DNA of 64,000 nt from positions 40,297 to 104,296 of the forward strand of contig CAWHBO010000001.1 in assembly GCA_963827735.1 (NCBI GenBank), written 5' to 3'. Below, one piece after another: positions 1-8,667 of this stretch. The notes beneath the pieces were generated by a model, which ran no database searches, was not told the DNA's origin, and was given only the letters and a program-made list of their open reading frames with translations. The translations under genes were made by a program, and so were the position numbers. The DNA is from Candidatus Parcubacteria bacterium (GTDB taxonomy: Bacteria; Patescibacteriota; Patescibacteriia; Patescibacteriales; UBA12075). Positions within the stretch are counted from its first letter, which is position 1. The number at the start of each line of letters is the position of its first letter.

Positions 1-1
1 T

Positions 2-2038
2 ACAAACGTACTTGATGTAGATGGCTGGACGACTGGGGAATATAATTATATTAAAGTTTATACGACTGAATCGGCGAGGCATCGGGGGAAGTGGGATGAG
101 GGGAAGTATCGGATTGAATCGGCCGATACAGCTATTTTCCTTTTTGAAAATTATACTAATATTGACGGTTTACAAATACAAATTAATAGTGTAGGGGATG
201 AACAAGGCATTTTTGTAGGTGGTTCATATTGTACAATAAATAATAACATAATGAAGGATGTTGGTGTTAGCACTCAATGGGATAGTGGCGGAATTATAAA
301 CTGGGACACTGAACCGTCATATATATATAATAATATAATTTATAATTTTAACCTCGGAATTGATGCGCAAAATGGTCATTTGTATGCTTATAATAATACT
401 GTTAATAATTGTAGAGATCTTTGCTTTGACGCAACATATCTTGGTATTACAGCAAAAAATAATATTGCGTTAAATTGCGGAAATAATTGTTTTGATGGTT
501 CGCCATATAGTGATTCTTCCAATAATCTTTCATCTGACGGAACAGCGCCCGGTAGTTATTCACTTACAAATACCAGTGTAACATTTGTTGACGAAGCCAA
601 CGACGATTTTAGACTTATGCCGGAGGATACAGGCGCAAAAAATATTGGCGCAAATTTATCAAGTGACGCTACATCATCGTTTGCGACCGACATAGAAGGT
701 CAAGCGCGTTATGATGGACTGTGGGACATTGGAGCCGATGAAGCACCGACTATATTATATCGGTCGGTGGGAAATGATACGAGTAATCTTTTGCATAGTT
801 CAGCGTACACGGTAACGATCGCGACGACGACCGCTACGCTTTCAGCTGACGCTACAGCGAATATCGGAGTGGGGGATGTTCTGCAAATTGGGACATCCAC
901 TTATCAGCTCGCCTTCATCACCGGCCGGATATCGTCCAGTACTTACAGCGTGCAATCCGCCACCGGCTCTCTTGCTGTCGCCACCACCAGCGCGCCGGTG
1001 TCTGTTTATCGGGCGCATGAATTGCTGGATAAATGGGCATATCGCATTGTTAATAATGTTAATTCTGGGGTTGATGACAGTGTTGACGACATAGTTATAA
1101 ATTATAGCCAGAATTTAGTTGCGTCCAATACGGCTATATTTATCCCTTGTTATGCATCCACTAGTCCGGATGATGCACACGCAGAAGTTAACGGTTGGAC
1201 AACCGGAACCAGCACCTATATAAAAATTTATACTCCAGTATATTCTGATGAAGTTGGTTCGAGTCAGAGACACAGCGGGACATGGGATGATTCATCGTAT
1301 AGAATTGTACTATCGAGTATTACCCGAGTACTTTCTTTGTATAATAGTAATGTCTGGATCGATGGCTTGCAAATCAAAAATACCGACACAGGTGATTCTG
1401 ATACTTTGTCGTCCTGTATAAACAGCAATGTTGCCGCGCAAAATTTGAAAATTTCTAATTCAATTATACATGGAAGCCATGGCGGAAGCGCGATTGACTT
1501 TGATAATACGGAAATAACAGCTATGATGTGGAATAATTTAATTTATCACAACACAATGGGTACTTGGGACGAGGGAATTGATGCTAGTGTAAAAATTTTA
1601 AATATCCATAATTGCACAATATATAATTTTAATACAGGAATTAATCAAGATGCCGGCACGCTGTTAGCCTATAATAATGCCGTATTTGGCAATGCCAATG
1701 ATTTTGATGGCACAATGACATTAGATTATAACGCCTCAGACGACAAAGACGGGACAAATGCGATTGATATTAGTCCGGCCGGGTTTGCCACTGAAGCGGA
1801 TGCCTGGAAAGCTGCCTTTACGGATTATGCGAATGGAGATTTCAGCATTCGCGATACTTCCTCAGTGCTGTATGATTCCGGTACCACTATCATCGCCGTG
1901 ACCGATGATATTTTGGGGACAGTTAGGCCGCAGGGGGATGGGTATGATGTCGGGGCTTTTGAATATAATTTTGGACGTTATAAATATAGATTTAATGATG
2001 GGAGTTTTAAAGTTAGGGGAACTTTGAAGTTCCGCTAA
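2..2038 (+). CDS. Large secreted/surface protein with repeated beta-helix and choice-of-anchor-Q-like modules (5'-truncated by the window)
   Basis: The frame of ORF 251..2038 is open back to position 2. The module VDGWTTG..YIKVYT..RHxGxWD..YRI and the D-I-x-G-x-x-R...D-I/V-G-A motif each occur twice. Asn/Gly/Ile-rich beta-helix-like sequence. Confidence 0.7.
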   Translation, partial: TNVLDVDGWTTGEYNYIKVYTTESARHRGKWDEGKYRIESADTAIFLFENYTNIDGLQIQINSVGDEQGIFVGGSYCTINNNIMKDVGVSTQWDSGGIINWDTEPSYIYNNIIYNFNLGIDAQNGHLYAYNNTVNNCRDLCFDATYLGITAKNNIALNCGNNCFDGSPYSDSSNNLSSDGTAPGSYSLTNTSVTFVDEANDDFRLMPEDTGAKNIGANLSSDATSSFATDIEGQARYDGLWDIGADEAPTILYRSVGNDTSNLLHSSAYTVTIATTTATLSADATANIGVGDVLQIGTSTYQLAFITGRISSSTYSVQSATGSLAVATTSAPVSVYRAHELLDKWAYRIVNNVNSGVDDSVDDIVINYSQNLVASNTAIFIPCYASTSPDDAHAEVNGWTTGTSTYIKIYTPVYSDEVGSSQRHSGTWDDSSYRIVLSSITRVLSLYNSNVWIDGLQIKNTDTGDSDTLSSCINSNVAAQNLKISNSIIHGSHGGSAIDFDNTEITAMMWNNLIYHNTMGTWDEGIDASVKILNIHNCTIYNFNTGINQDAGTLLAYNNAVFGNANDFDGTMTLDYNASDDKDGTNAIDISPAGFATEADAWKAAFTDYANGDFSIRDTSSVLYDSGTTIIAVTDDILGTVRPQGDGYDVGAFEYNFGRYKYRFNDGSFKVRGTLKFR

Positions 2039-2080
2039 CGGATTAGCACGGATACAGGACGGATATAACGGATCACGGAT
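2038..2080 (+). repeat. Left arm: 5 x ACGGAT-core tandem array (7-11 nt period)
   Basis: ACGGAT at 2038, 2048, 2059, 2068, 2075; reverse complement of the 2514-2556 array. Confidence 0.9.
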
Positions 2081-2101
2081 ATTTAATTAAATGTTTCTAC
2101 T

Positions 2102-2521
2102 ATGAATAAATTGCTTGAAGAAGAATTAACTTACAAGATAAGGGGTTGTATTTTTAATGTTTCAAATAAGTATGGTAGGGGATTGAAAGAAAAAATTTAT
2201 CAGAAAGTATTGGCTGAAGAATTGCTTAAGGCAGGTATAAAATTTGTTGAACAGAAAAGAATTAATATCTATTCATTGGAAACCGGCAAACATATCGGCG
2301 TGTATATTCCTGATTTTGTAATTAATGATAAGATTATCATAGAAATAAAAGCTACTGCTTTTACCACCAGGCAAGATATAGAACAACAAAGGTCGTATTT
2401 GCGGGTAAGTATTTATGAAATCGCGTATTTAGTAAATTTTTCCACTCCAAAACTTGAAATACACAGATCCATATTTACGAACGATAGAAAACCATTTATA
2501 TCTAAAATACTTAATCCGTGA
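2102..2521 (+). CDS. GxxExxY protein (PD-(D/E)xK nuclease-like family)
   Basis: GLKEKIY motif, YIPDFVINDKIIIEIK (PD..ExK) and YLVNF; 139 aa. Confidence 0.9.
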   Translation: MNKLLEEELTYKIRGCIFNVSNKYGRGLKEKIYQKVLAEELLKAGIKFVEQKRINIYSLETGKHIGVYIPDFVINDKIIIEIKATAFTTRQDIEQQRSYLRVSIYEIAYLVNFSTPKLEIHRSIFTNDRKPFISKILNP

Positions 2522-2556
2522 TCCGTGCTAATCTGTATATATCCGTGATTATCAGT
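2514..2556 (-). repeat. Right arm: ATCCGT-core tandem array, inverted relative to 2038-2080
   Basis: ATCCGT/ATCTGT/ATCAGT at 2514, 2521, 2531, 2541, 2551; contains the GxxExxY stop codon. Confidence 0.9.
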
Positions 2557-2563
2557 TAAGAAT

Positions 2564-4015
2564 ATGAGAATAAACAACATAGCCAAAAACACCTCCTACT
2601 TCACCCTCGCCCTCATCCTCCAAAAGGCGCTCAGTTTTGCGTACTTTACCATTCTTGCGCGTAATTTTGTTCCTGATGATCTTGGAAAATATTACTTTGC
2701 CATTTCTTTTACGGCCATCTTCGCCATCATGATTGATCTTGGATTTGCGAATGTGATAACGCGCGAAGTTGCGAAAGCGGGGGAGCGGGCCGGGGAGATT
2801 GCGCGCGCGGTAATAGCCATGAAAATTCCGCTCGCTATCTTGTCGCTTTTATCCGTGGTATTTTTGATAAACCTTTTACACTATCCCGAAAGCACCAAAC
2901 TGCTTGTTTATTTTTCCGCCATTTGCATGACCCTTGACTCCTTCACCCTGGCTTTCTATGCCGTCAGCCGCGGCCGGCATAACCTGAAATTTGAAAGCGT
3001 TGGCTCAGTTGTTTATCAGGTGATTGTTTTGCTTACAGGGATAACGGTCATAAAATTAAATCTCGGATTGGCTTGGCTCATGGCCGCGACCATATCGGCG
3101 AGCCTCATTAACTTTATTTTTTCCTGGGCGGTTCTTAAAATTAAGTGGGGGATAAGTCCTTTGCCTTTTACGGGGGGTTTCAAGTTTGATAAGGTTTTAA
3201 CTCGCGCTCTCGTTGCAATTGCCATACCATTCGCGCTATACGGCATTTTTCAGCGTTTATACATGTATCTGGACAGCGTATTCTTATCCATCCTCGCCGG
3301 CGATTACCAAGTTGGAATTTACCAAGTGCCGTTTAAGATTGTCTTTGCTTTGCAATTCTTGCCATCAGCCTTCATGGCCTCGCTTTATCCGGCGTTTGCG
3401 AGTTATTGGCGGGGTGAAAAAAACCAACTCGCAATTTCTTTTGAACGCGCCATGAACTACCTGACAATCATTGCCTTGCCGGTAAGCGTCGGTGTGATTA
3501 CCCTTGCGGACAAGATTGTAAAATTGTTCAAAACCGAGTATACTGATGCCATCCTTCCGCTCCAACTGGTGATGATCGCCCTTTTTTTCATTTTCATTAA
3601 CTTCCCGATCGGCGCCCTGCTCAACGCCTGCGACCGGCAGAAACGCAACACCTTGAACATGGGCATTGTCCTCGTTGCCAGTATAATTTTAAACCTCTGG
3701 CTGATTCCCAAATTTCAAGCGGTCGGCGCCAGCATAACCGTGATCATCACGAACATTTTGATGTTTATCCTGGGCGCGCTGGTTGTGCCAAAGATCGCAC
3801 CCGTCAGCTTAAGCAAGCTGATTTGGCCATTCTTAAAATCCATTTTCGCAGTTGCCTGCATGGCCTTGATCGTGCTAACATTAAAACCGTACTTGAACAT
3901 ATTTATCGTGATCGCGCTTGGCGGAATGGTCTATGTTTTGTTGCTTTTTGCGATGGGGGGTTTTAGCCGAGAGGATGTGAAGAGTGTTTGGAGGTCTTTT
4001 TCTCATAACTCATAA
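2564..4015 (+). CDS. Wzx-type polysaccharide flippase (MOP superfamily)
   Basis: About 14 hydrophobic segments; IAKNT..ARNF..GKYYFA..DLGF..ITREVA N-terminal signature. Confidence 0.9.
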   Translation: MRINNIAKNTSYFTLALILQKALSFAYFTILARNFVPDDLGKYYFAISFTAIFAIMIDLGFANVITREVAKAGERAGEIARAVIAMKIPLAILSLLSVVFLINLLHYPESTKLLVYFSAICMTLDSFTLAFYAVSRGRHNLKFESVGSVVYQVIVLLTGITVIKLNLGLAWLMAATISASLINFIFSWAVLKIKWGISPLPFTGGFKFDKVLTRALVAIAIPFALYGIFQRLYMYLDSVFLSILAGDYQVGIYQVPFKIVFALQFLPSAFMASLYPAFASYWRGEKNQLAISFERAMNYLTIIALPVSVGVITLADKIVKLFKTEYTDAILPLQLVMIALFFIFINFPIGALLNACDRQKRNTLNMGIVLVASIILNLWLIPKFQAVGASITVIITNILMFILGALVVPKIAPVSLSKLIWPFLKSIFAVACMALIVLTLKPYLNIFIVIALGGMVYVLLLFAMGGFSREDVKSVWRSFSHNS

Positions 4016-4031
4016 CTTGGAACTCATAACT
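4002..4031 (+). repeat. Left arm: CTCATAA/CTTGGAA heptamer array
   Basis: ctcataa-ctcataa-cttggaa-ctcataa-ct; supplies the flippase stop codon. Confidence 0.9.
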
Positions 4032-4033
4032 TT

Positions 4034-4378
4034 ATGGCTTTCCATGATGATCTAAAAAAATACGTTCACGAGTATATAAAATTTATTTATAATATAACAA
4101 AATCTTTTCCCAAAGAAGAAATGTATGGCGTAACTTCACAGTTCAGGCGAGCAGGTATGTCAATTATGTTAAATTATATTGAGGGTTACGCCAGAAACAA
4201 TAAAACCAAAGAAAAAGTATATAAAAATTTTTTGGAAACTTCTTATGGTTCACTTAAAGAGTCAAAATATTTGTTATTTTTTTCATTTGATATAAAATAT
4301 ATTAACAAAGATAATTATACCTACGGCTTGGAATTGTCTGACAAGATCGGAGCTATGCTCTGGAGCTTAATTCAATAA
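4034..4378 (+). CDS. Four-helix-bundle protein (23S rRNA IVS protein / bAvd-like family)
   Basis: FPKEEMYGVTSQFRRAGMSIMLNYIEG and FLETSYGSLKE match the family consensus FPxxExYGLxSQxRRAAxSIxxNIxEG..GSxxE. Confidence 0.9.
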   Translation: MAFHDDLKKYVHEYIKFIYNITKSFPKEEMYGVTSQFRRAGMSIMLNYIEGYARNNKTKEKVYKNFLETSYGSLKESKYLLFFSFDIKYINKDNYTYGLELSDKIGAMLWSLIQ

Positions 4379-4425
4379 ATGAGTTATGCGTTATGAGTTC
4401 CAAGTTATGAGTTCCAAGTTATGAG
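4379..4425 (-). repeat. Right arm: TTATGAG/TTCCAAG heptamer array, inverted relative to 4002-4031
   Basis: atgag-ttatgcg-ttatgag-ttccaag-ttatgag-ttccaag-ttatgag; the last unit supplies the ATG of the next gene. Confidence 0.9.
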
Positions 4426-5569
4426 AGTACTCCTCTTCACTCTAGAATACCCTCCCTTCAAAGGCGGCGTTGCCAACTTTTACGAAAACATTGTAAAACA
4501 TTGGCCCTCCTGCGCTGAAGCTTCGGAGGGCAAGCCTTCCTTCGCTGAAGCTTCGGAGGGCAAGCCCTCTTTGGGAATTTTCGTCTTGCACAACAATAAC
4601 AACAACTTAATAAGCAATAACTTCTTCCCCAAATGGCTGCCGGCTTTTTGGCAACTGTATAAAGCGATCAAAAAAAATAAGATAGACCATGTTTTGGTTG
4701 GGCATATCTTACCGCTCGGCACAGTAACATACTATATTTCAAAAATTCTTAAAATTAAATATTCCGTTTTTCTCCACGGCATGGATCTGGCTTTTTCTCA
4801 AAAGACTCAACGCAAGAAAAACATGAGCCTTAAAATTTTAACGCACGCGTCAAAAATTCTCTGCACCAATTCTTACGTAGCCGAGCTTGTCCGCGAGACG
4901 CTTCCCGATGAAGACAGCCATGATAAGATTGAAGTCATCAATCCCGGAGTGGAGGCGCCGTATATTTCCGGCACAGACACCCGCGCCTTGCAAGAAAAAA
5001 ACAAGCTGGGCGAAAAGCTGGTTTTGTTTACCATCAGCCGGCTGGTAAAAAGAAAAGGCCATGACCTGGTCATAAAAATCATGCCCCAGTTAACGGAAAA
5101 ATATCCCAATCTTTTTTATTATATCGCGGGAACCGGAGAAGATGAGGACTATTTGAAAGATTTGGCCAAGGGCAATGACCATATCATCTTCCTCGGCAAG
5201 CTCAAAGAAAGAGACAAATGGAACTGGCTCTGCGCCTGCGACATTTTCGTCATGCCCTCCAGGCATATAGGTGATGATTTTACGCCAAATGATTTTGAAG
5301 GCTTCGGCATCGTTTATTTGGAAGCGGCAATCTGCGGTAAACCGGTCATAGCCGGCAGAAGCGGAGGCATAGAAGATGCAGTTGTTGACCACGAAACCGG
5401 CATCCTCGTTGATCCTGAAAGCGAAGATAGCATTTTGGACGGCATTGACGAGCTGGCGGGAAATTTTTTGCTCCGAAAAGAAATGGGGGAAAGAGCGCTG
5501 GAAAGAGCGGCGGAAGAATTTAACTGGGGGGATAAGGCGAAGGAGATATATGAGAGGATTGCGGAATAG
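4421..5569 (+). CDS. Glycosyltransferase family 4 (PimA/PimB-like)
   Basis: YPPFKGG, SRLVKRKG and EGFGIVYLEA..GKPVI motifs. Confidence 0.9.
   Translation: MRVLLFTLEYPPFKGGVANFYENIVKHWPSCAEASEGKPSFAEASEGKPSLGIFVLHNNNNNLISNNFFPKWLPAFWQLYKAIKKNKIDHVLVGHILPLGTVTYYISKILKIKYSVFLHGMDLAFSQKTQRKKNMSLKILTHASKILCTNSYVAELVRETLPDEDSHDKIEVINPGVEAPYISGTDTRALQEKNKLGEKLVLFTISRLVKRKGHDLVIKIMPQLTEKYPNLFYYIAGTGEDEDYLKDLAKGNDHIIFLGKLKERDKWNWLCACDIFVMPSRHIGDDFTPNDFEGFGIVYLEAAICGKPVIAGRSGGIEDAVVDHETGILVDPESEDSILDGIDELAGNFLLRKEMGERALERAAEEFNWGDKAKEIYERIAE
4505..4564 (+). repeat. 2 x 30-bp palindromic element inserted in frame in the GT4 gene
   Basis: CCCTCCTGCGCTGAAGCTTCGGAGGGCAAG followed by CCTTCCTTCGCTGAAGCTTCGGAGGGCAAG; encodes PSCAEASEGK/PSFAEASEGK. 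Confidence 0.9.
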
Positions 5570-5604
5570 GGTGTGATAATATAAATTATTTTTACTCTTT
5601 AAAT

Positions 5605-5682
5605 CTCATAACTTGGAACTCATAACTCGTAACTTTTTTAGTCAAATAATTTAAGTTCCAAGTTATGAGTTACGAGTTATGA
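5605..5682. repeat. Empty inverted heptamer-array element (same units as the four-helix-bundle flanks, no cargo gene)
   Basis: ctcataa-cttggaa-ctcataa-ctcgtaa, about 20 nt AT-rich spacer, then ttccaag-ttatgag-ttacgag-ttatga. Confidence 0.9.
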
Positions 5683-5689
5683 AACTAAT

Positions 5690-6394
5690 ATGATCTCCAT
5701 AATAATTCCATTATACAACCAATCCGACAAGATCAAGTCATGCCTTCAGAGCATAAAAAATCAAACTTATGATAATTATGAAATTATCGTCGTTAACGAC
5801 CGGTCGCGCGACCATTTGAGCAAAGTCATAAAATGGGCCCAAAGCGAATTCGGATATAAGCTTCTCTGGATCAACAATCAGGAAAACCATGGAGCGCCGT
5901 ACTCCCGGAACAAAGGCTTATATAAATCCAAAGGCGAATATGTCTTGTTTTGCGACGCTGATATCGTTTTGGAACCAAACGCCTTGGAACTCATGATTCA
6001 AACCCTGAACACCCACCCGGAGGCGGCTTACGCTTATCCTTCGCACTTGCACGGTTCAAAATTGTTTAGACTCTGGCCCTTTGACGCGGAAAAATTAAAA
6101 ACCATGCCGTATATCCATTCCACCGCTCTGGTCCGGAGAAAATGCCTGCCGGCATCCGGTTGGGATGAAACCTTAAAGAGATTCCAAGACTGGGACCTGT
6201 GGCTGACAATGCTGGAGGCGGGACACCAAGGAATCTGGATTGACAACGTTCTCTTTAAAATCGTCGGCGGCGGCCACACCATGAGCGCCTGGCTCCCGTC
6301 GTTTGCATATAAATACCTGCCATTTTTGCCGCGGGTAAAGAAATATAAAGCGGCGATGGAGGTGATAAAGAAGAAGCATGGAATTTTATTTTAA
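5690..6394 (+). CDS. Glycosyltransferase family 2
   Basis: ISIIIPLYN, EIIVVNDRS, FCDAD (DxD) and QDWDLWL motifs. Confidence 0.9.
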   Translation: MISIIIPLYNQSDKIKSCLQSIKNQTYDNYEIIVVNDRSRDHLSKVIKWAQSEFGYKLLWINNQENHGAPYSRNKGLYKSKGEYVLFCDADIVLEPNALELMIQTLNTHPEAAYAYPSHLHGSKLFRLWPFDAEKLKTMPYIHSTALVRRKCLPASGWDETLKRFQDWDLWLTMLEAGHQGIWIDNVLFKIVGGGHTMSAWLPSFAYKYLPFLPRVKKYKAAMEVIKKKHGILF

Positions 6395-6525
6395 TGTCAA
6401 ATTTCCAATTTCCAATGACAAATCAAACTCAAAATCCTAATTTCAAATTAATATAATATTTGTTATTTGATATTTGGATTTGATTGCTTGTGCCCTATGG
6501 GTAGAAATTGGAAATTTGACATTAA
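6391..6525. mobile_element. 135-bp MITE-like element with 22-bp perfect terminal inverted repeats
   Basis: TTAATGTCAAATTTCCAATTTC (6391-6412) and GAAATTGGAAATTTGACATTAA (6504-6525); a second copy lies inverted at 57949-58076. Confidence 0.75.
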
Positions 6526-6569
6526 TAACAATTTATACTGTCATTACGAGATATACATTTTAAATTTTT

Positions 6570-7046
6570 ATGAAAAATTACTCCTACAAAAACCTCATCT
6601 TCATCCTCCCGCTGATATTCTTCGTCTTTTCATTTATATACGTAAGCTTGGACCGCATGACGAAGACAACCTATTCCCACGGCGAACAGAATATCATCAT
6701 CGGCGACAAGCCGATCACAGTTATGGTGGCAGACGAGATTGGCATGCAATGGCAAGGCCTTTCCGACCGCAATTCGCTGGGGGCTGATAACGGCATGCTC
6801 TTCGTTTTTCCAAATTTTCAAAAAAGAACCTTTGTCATGCGCCGCATGCATTTTCCGCTGGATATCATCTGGATAAGCAACGGCCGCGTGGTGGGCATTG
6901 ACAAGCGCCTGGAACCGGAAGGCGAAAAACCAACAAAACTTTATTCTTCCCCAGAACCGGTGGACAAAGTTCTGGAAGTAAACGGAGGCTTCGCAGATGC
7001 GTTTGGGATAAGGGTGGGGGACGGGGTGCAGTATAATTTGAAATAA
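6570..7046 (+). CDS. DUF192 family protein with N-terminal TM
   Basis: QGLSDR..GMLFVF..F.M..M.FPLDIIWI..VLEVNGG motifs. Confidence 0.9.
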   Translation: MKNYSYKNLIFILPLIFFVFSFIYVSLDRMTKTTYSHGEQNIIIGDKPITVMVADEIGMQWQGLSDRNSLGADNGMLFVFPNFQKRTFVMRRMHFPLDIIWISNGRVVGIDKRLEPEGEKPTKLYSSPEPVDKVLEVNGGFADAFGIRVGDGVQYNLK

Positions 7047-7185
7047 TTCCCCTCTAAAAAGAGGGGAATAAAATGTAATTTTTAAAAATAAAACTATTAA
7101 TATCAAAAACTATTTTCAAAAAACACTAACCGTTCTCATCATCATTGAGCTCCTCTCCCTCATCTCTTTCCTCATACCCTCCCTG

Positions 7186-8619
7186 ATGCCTTTTGTTTTT
7201 ATTTCCATCGTCTTGGCGGCATTGATGATCTCCGTCAAAAAACTTGAACACGGCTTGCTTTTGATTTTTGTTGAAATCGTTATCGGCTCCCTTGGATATC
7301 TTTTCTGGTTTGATTTAAACGGCTTTCGGCTGTCAATCAGAGTGGCCTTGTGGGTGATCGTGATGGCGGTTTGGTTCGTAAGATTTTCCCTTGATTTTAT
7401 AAGGTCGCGAACATGGAAAAATTTCAATTCGCAAGCCATCATATCGGCAATCAAAAAGAATCCTTTTTTACCTTACCTCGCAATTCTTTTTACTTCAATC
7501 GCTTGGGGGCTGATTAACGGATTTTTAAACCATAACGGGTTTAAAAATATATTTTTTGATAGCAACGGCTGGTTATACTTTTTGCTCTTGTTTCCGGTTT
7601 ATTCCGTTTTAAAAAATCTTTCCAAAGATCTTGTTCCGGGATTCCTTGCGATTTTAAGCGCTGCTTGCTTTTGGCTATGCATAAAGACATTCATCTTGCT
7701 GTATGTCTTTTCCCACGCTTCCAGTGGAATCATCTTTGAAATCTACCGCTGGGTCAGAGATACGCGAGTAGGGGAGATAACCAACATTCAGGGAGGTTTC
7801 TACCGCATTTTTTTCCAATCCCATATTTTTATCTTGATCGCCTTTTTTGTCGTCTTGGGGATGCTGGCATATTATCAAAAAAATAAACCGTTGAACAAAA
7901 AATTTGCTTTCTTGCTTTCTTGCTTTTTTACTGTCTTGTTCTCCGTAAACATCCTCAATTTTTCCCGCAGTAACTGGGTGGGACTGGCTTGTGGTATTTT
8001 ACTTTTCAGCAGCCTTTCTTTAAAATTTTACGGCTGGAAAATACTATTCAAGCTTGCGGGCATATCGGCAATTTCCGCGGTTCTTGGATTCGCGCTAATC
8101 GTTGCCGTGGTAAAATTTCCATACCCGATTCCCAAAGGCGGTTTTGATACATCTTCGCTTTTATCAGAAAGAGCCATGCAAATCACCGGCGAAGCCGGTG
8201 TTTCTTCCCGCTGGTCGCTCTTGCCAAAGCTGTTAGAAAAAATCAAGCAATCTTCGGCGCTGGGACAGGGATTTGGAGCGGCGATAACGTATATATCAAG
8301 CGACCCAAGAGTGCTGGAAAAAGATCCTAGTGGAAAATTTACCACATACGCTTTTGAATGGGGCTGGCTGGATATCTGGATCAAACTTGGCCTGTTGGGC
8401 GTGGTTGCCTATATTGCCTTGATTTTAAAAATTTTTATGATTGGCATCACATCCCAAAATGACGCAAGTTTTTCATTTAAAATTGGCTTAATTTTTGGCC
8501 TAATCGCCATTTCTATCATAAGTTTTTTCAGTCCCTACATGAACCATCCCTTGGGAATATCTTATCTAATCCTGGTTATGGCCATGCTAAATACCAACAA
8601 ACCGAAGGCTCTTGCATAA
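7186..8619 (+). CDS. O-antigen ligase / Wzy_C-like membrane protein (true start may lie further upstream)
   Basis: Multi-TM protein with NFSRSNW, R..LGQGFG and EWGWLDIWIKLGLLG motifs. The frame is open from 7072 without an upstream ATG. Confidence 0.75.
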   Translation: MPFVFISIVLAALMISVKKLEHGLLLIFVEIVIGSLGYLFWFDLNGFRLSIRVALWVIVMAVWFVRFSLDFIRSRTWKNFNSQAIISAIKKNPFLPYLAILFTSIAWGLINGFLNHNGFKNIFFDSNGWLYFLLLFPVYSVLKNLSKDLVPGFLAILSAACFWLCIKTFILLYVFSHASSGIIFEIYRWVRDTRVGEITNIQGGFYRIFFQSHIFILIAFFVVLGMLAYYQKNKPLNKKFAFLLSCFFTVLFSVNILNFSRSNWVGLACGILLFSSLSLKFYGWKILFKLAGISAISAVLGFALIVAVVKFPYPIPKGGFDTSSLLSERAMQITGEAGVSSRWSLLPKLLEKIKQSSALGQGFGAAITYISSDPRVLEKDPSGKFTTYAFEWGWLDIWIKLGLLGVVAYIALILKIFMIGITSQNDASFSFKIGLIFGLIAISIISFFSPYMNHPLGISYLILVMAMLNTNKPKALA

Positions 8620-8667
8620 TTTTTCATTTTCCTGTATATTTAATTTTATAAAAATTATATAAACAAT

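Noticed and set aside
4034-4378. Four-helix-bundle gene as the Avd of a diversity-generating retroelement
   Set aside because: No reverse transcriptase and no visible TR/VR pair differing at adenines in the window.
4505-4564. 30-bp palindromic direct repeat as a CRISPR array
   Set aside because: Two adjacent units with no spacer, in frame within a CDS, and no cas genes.
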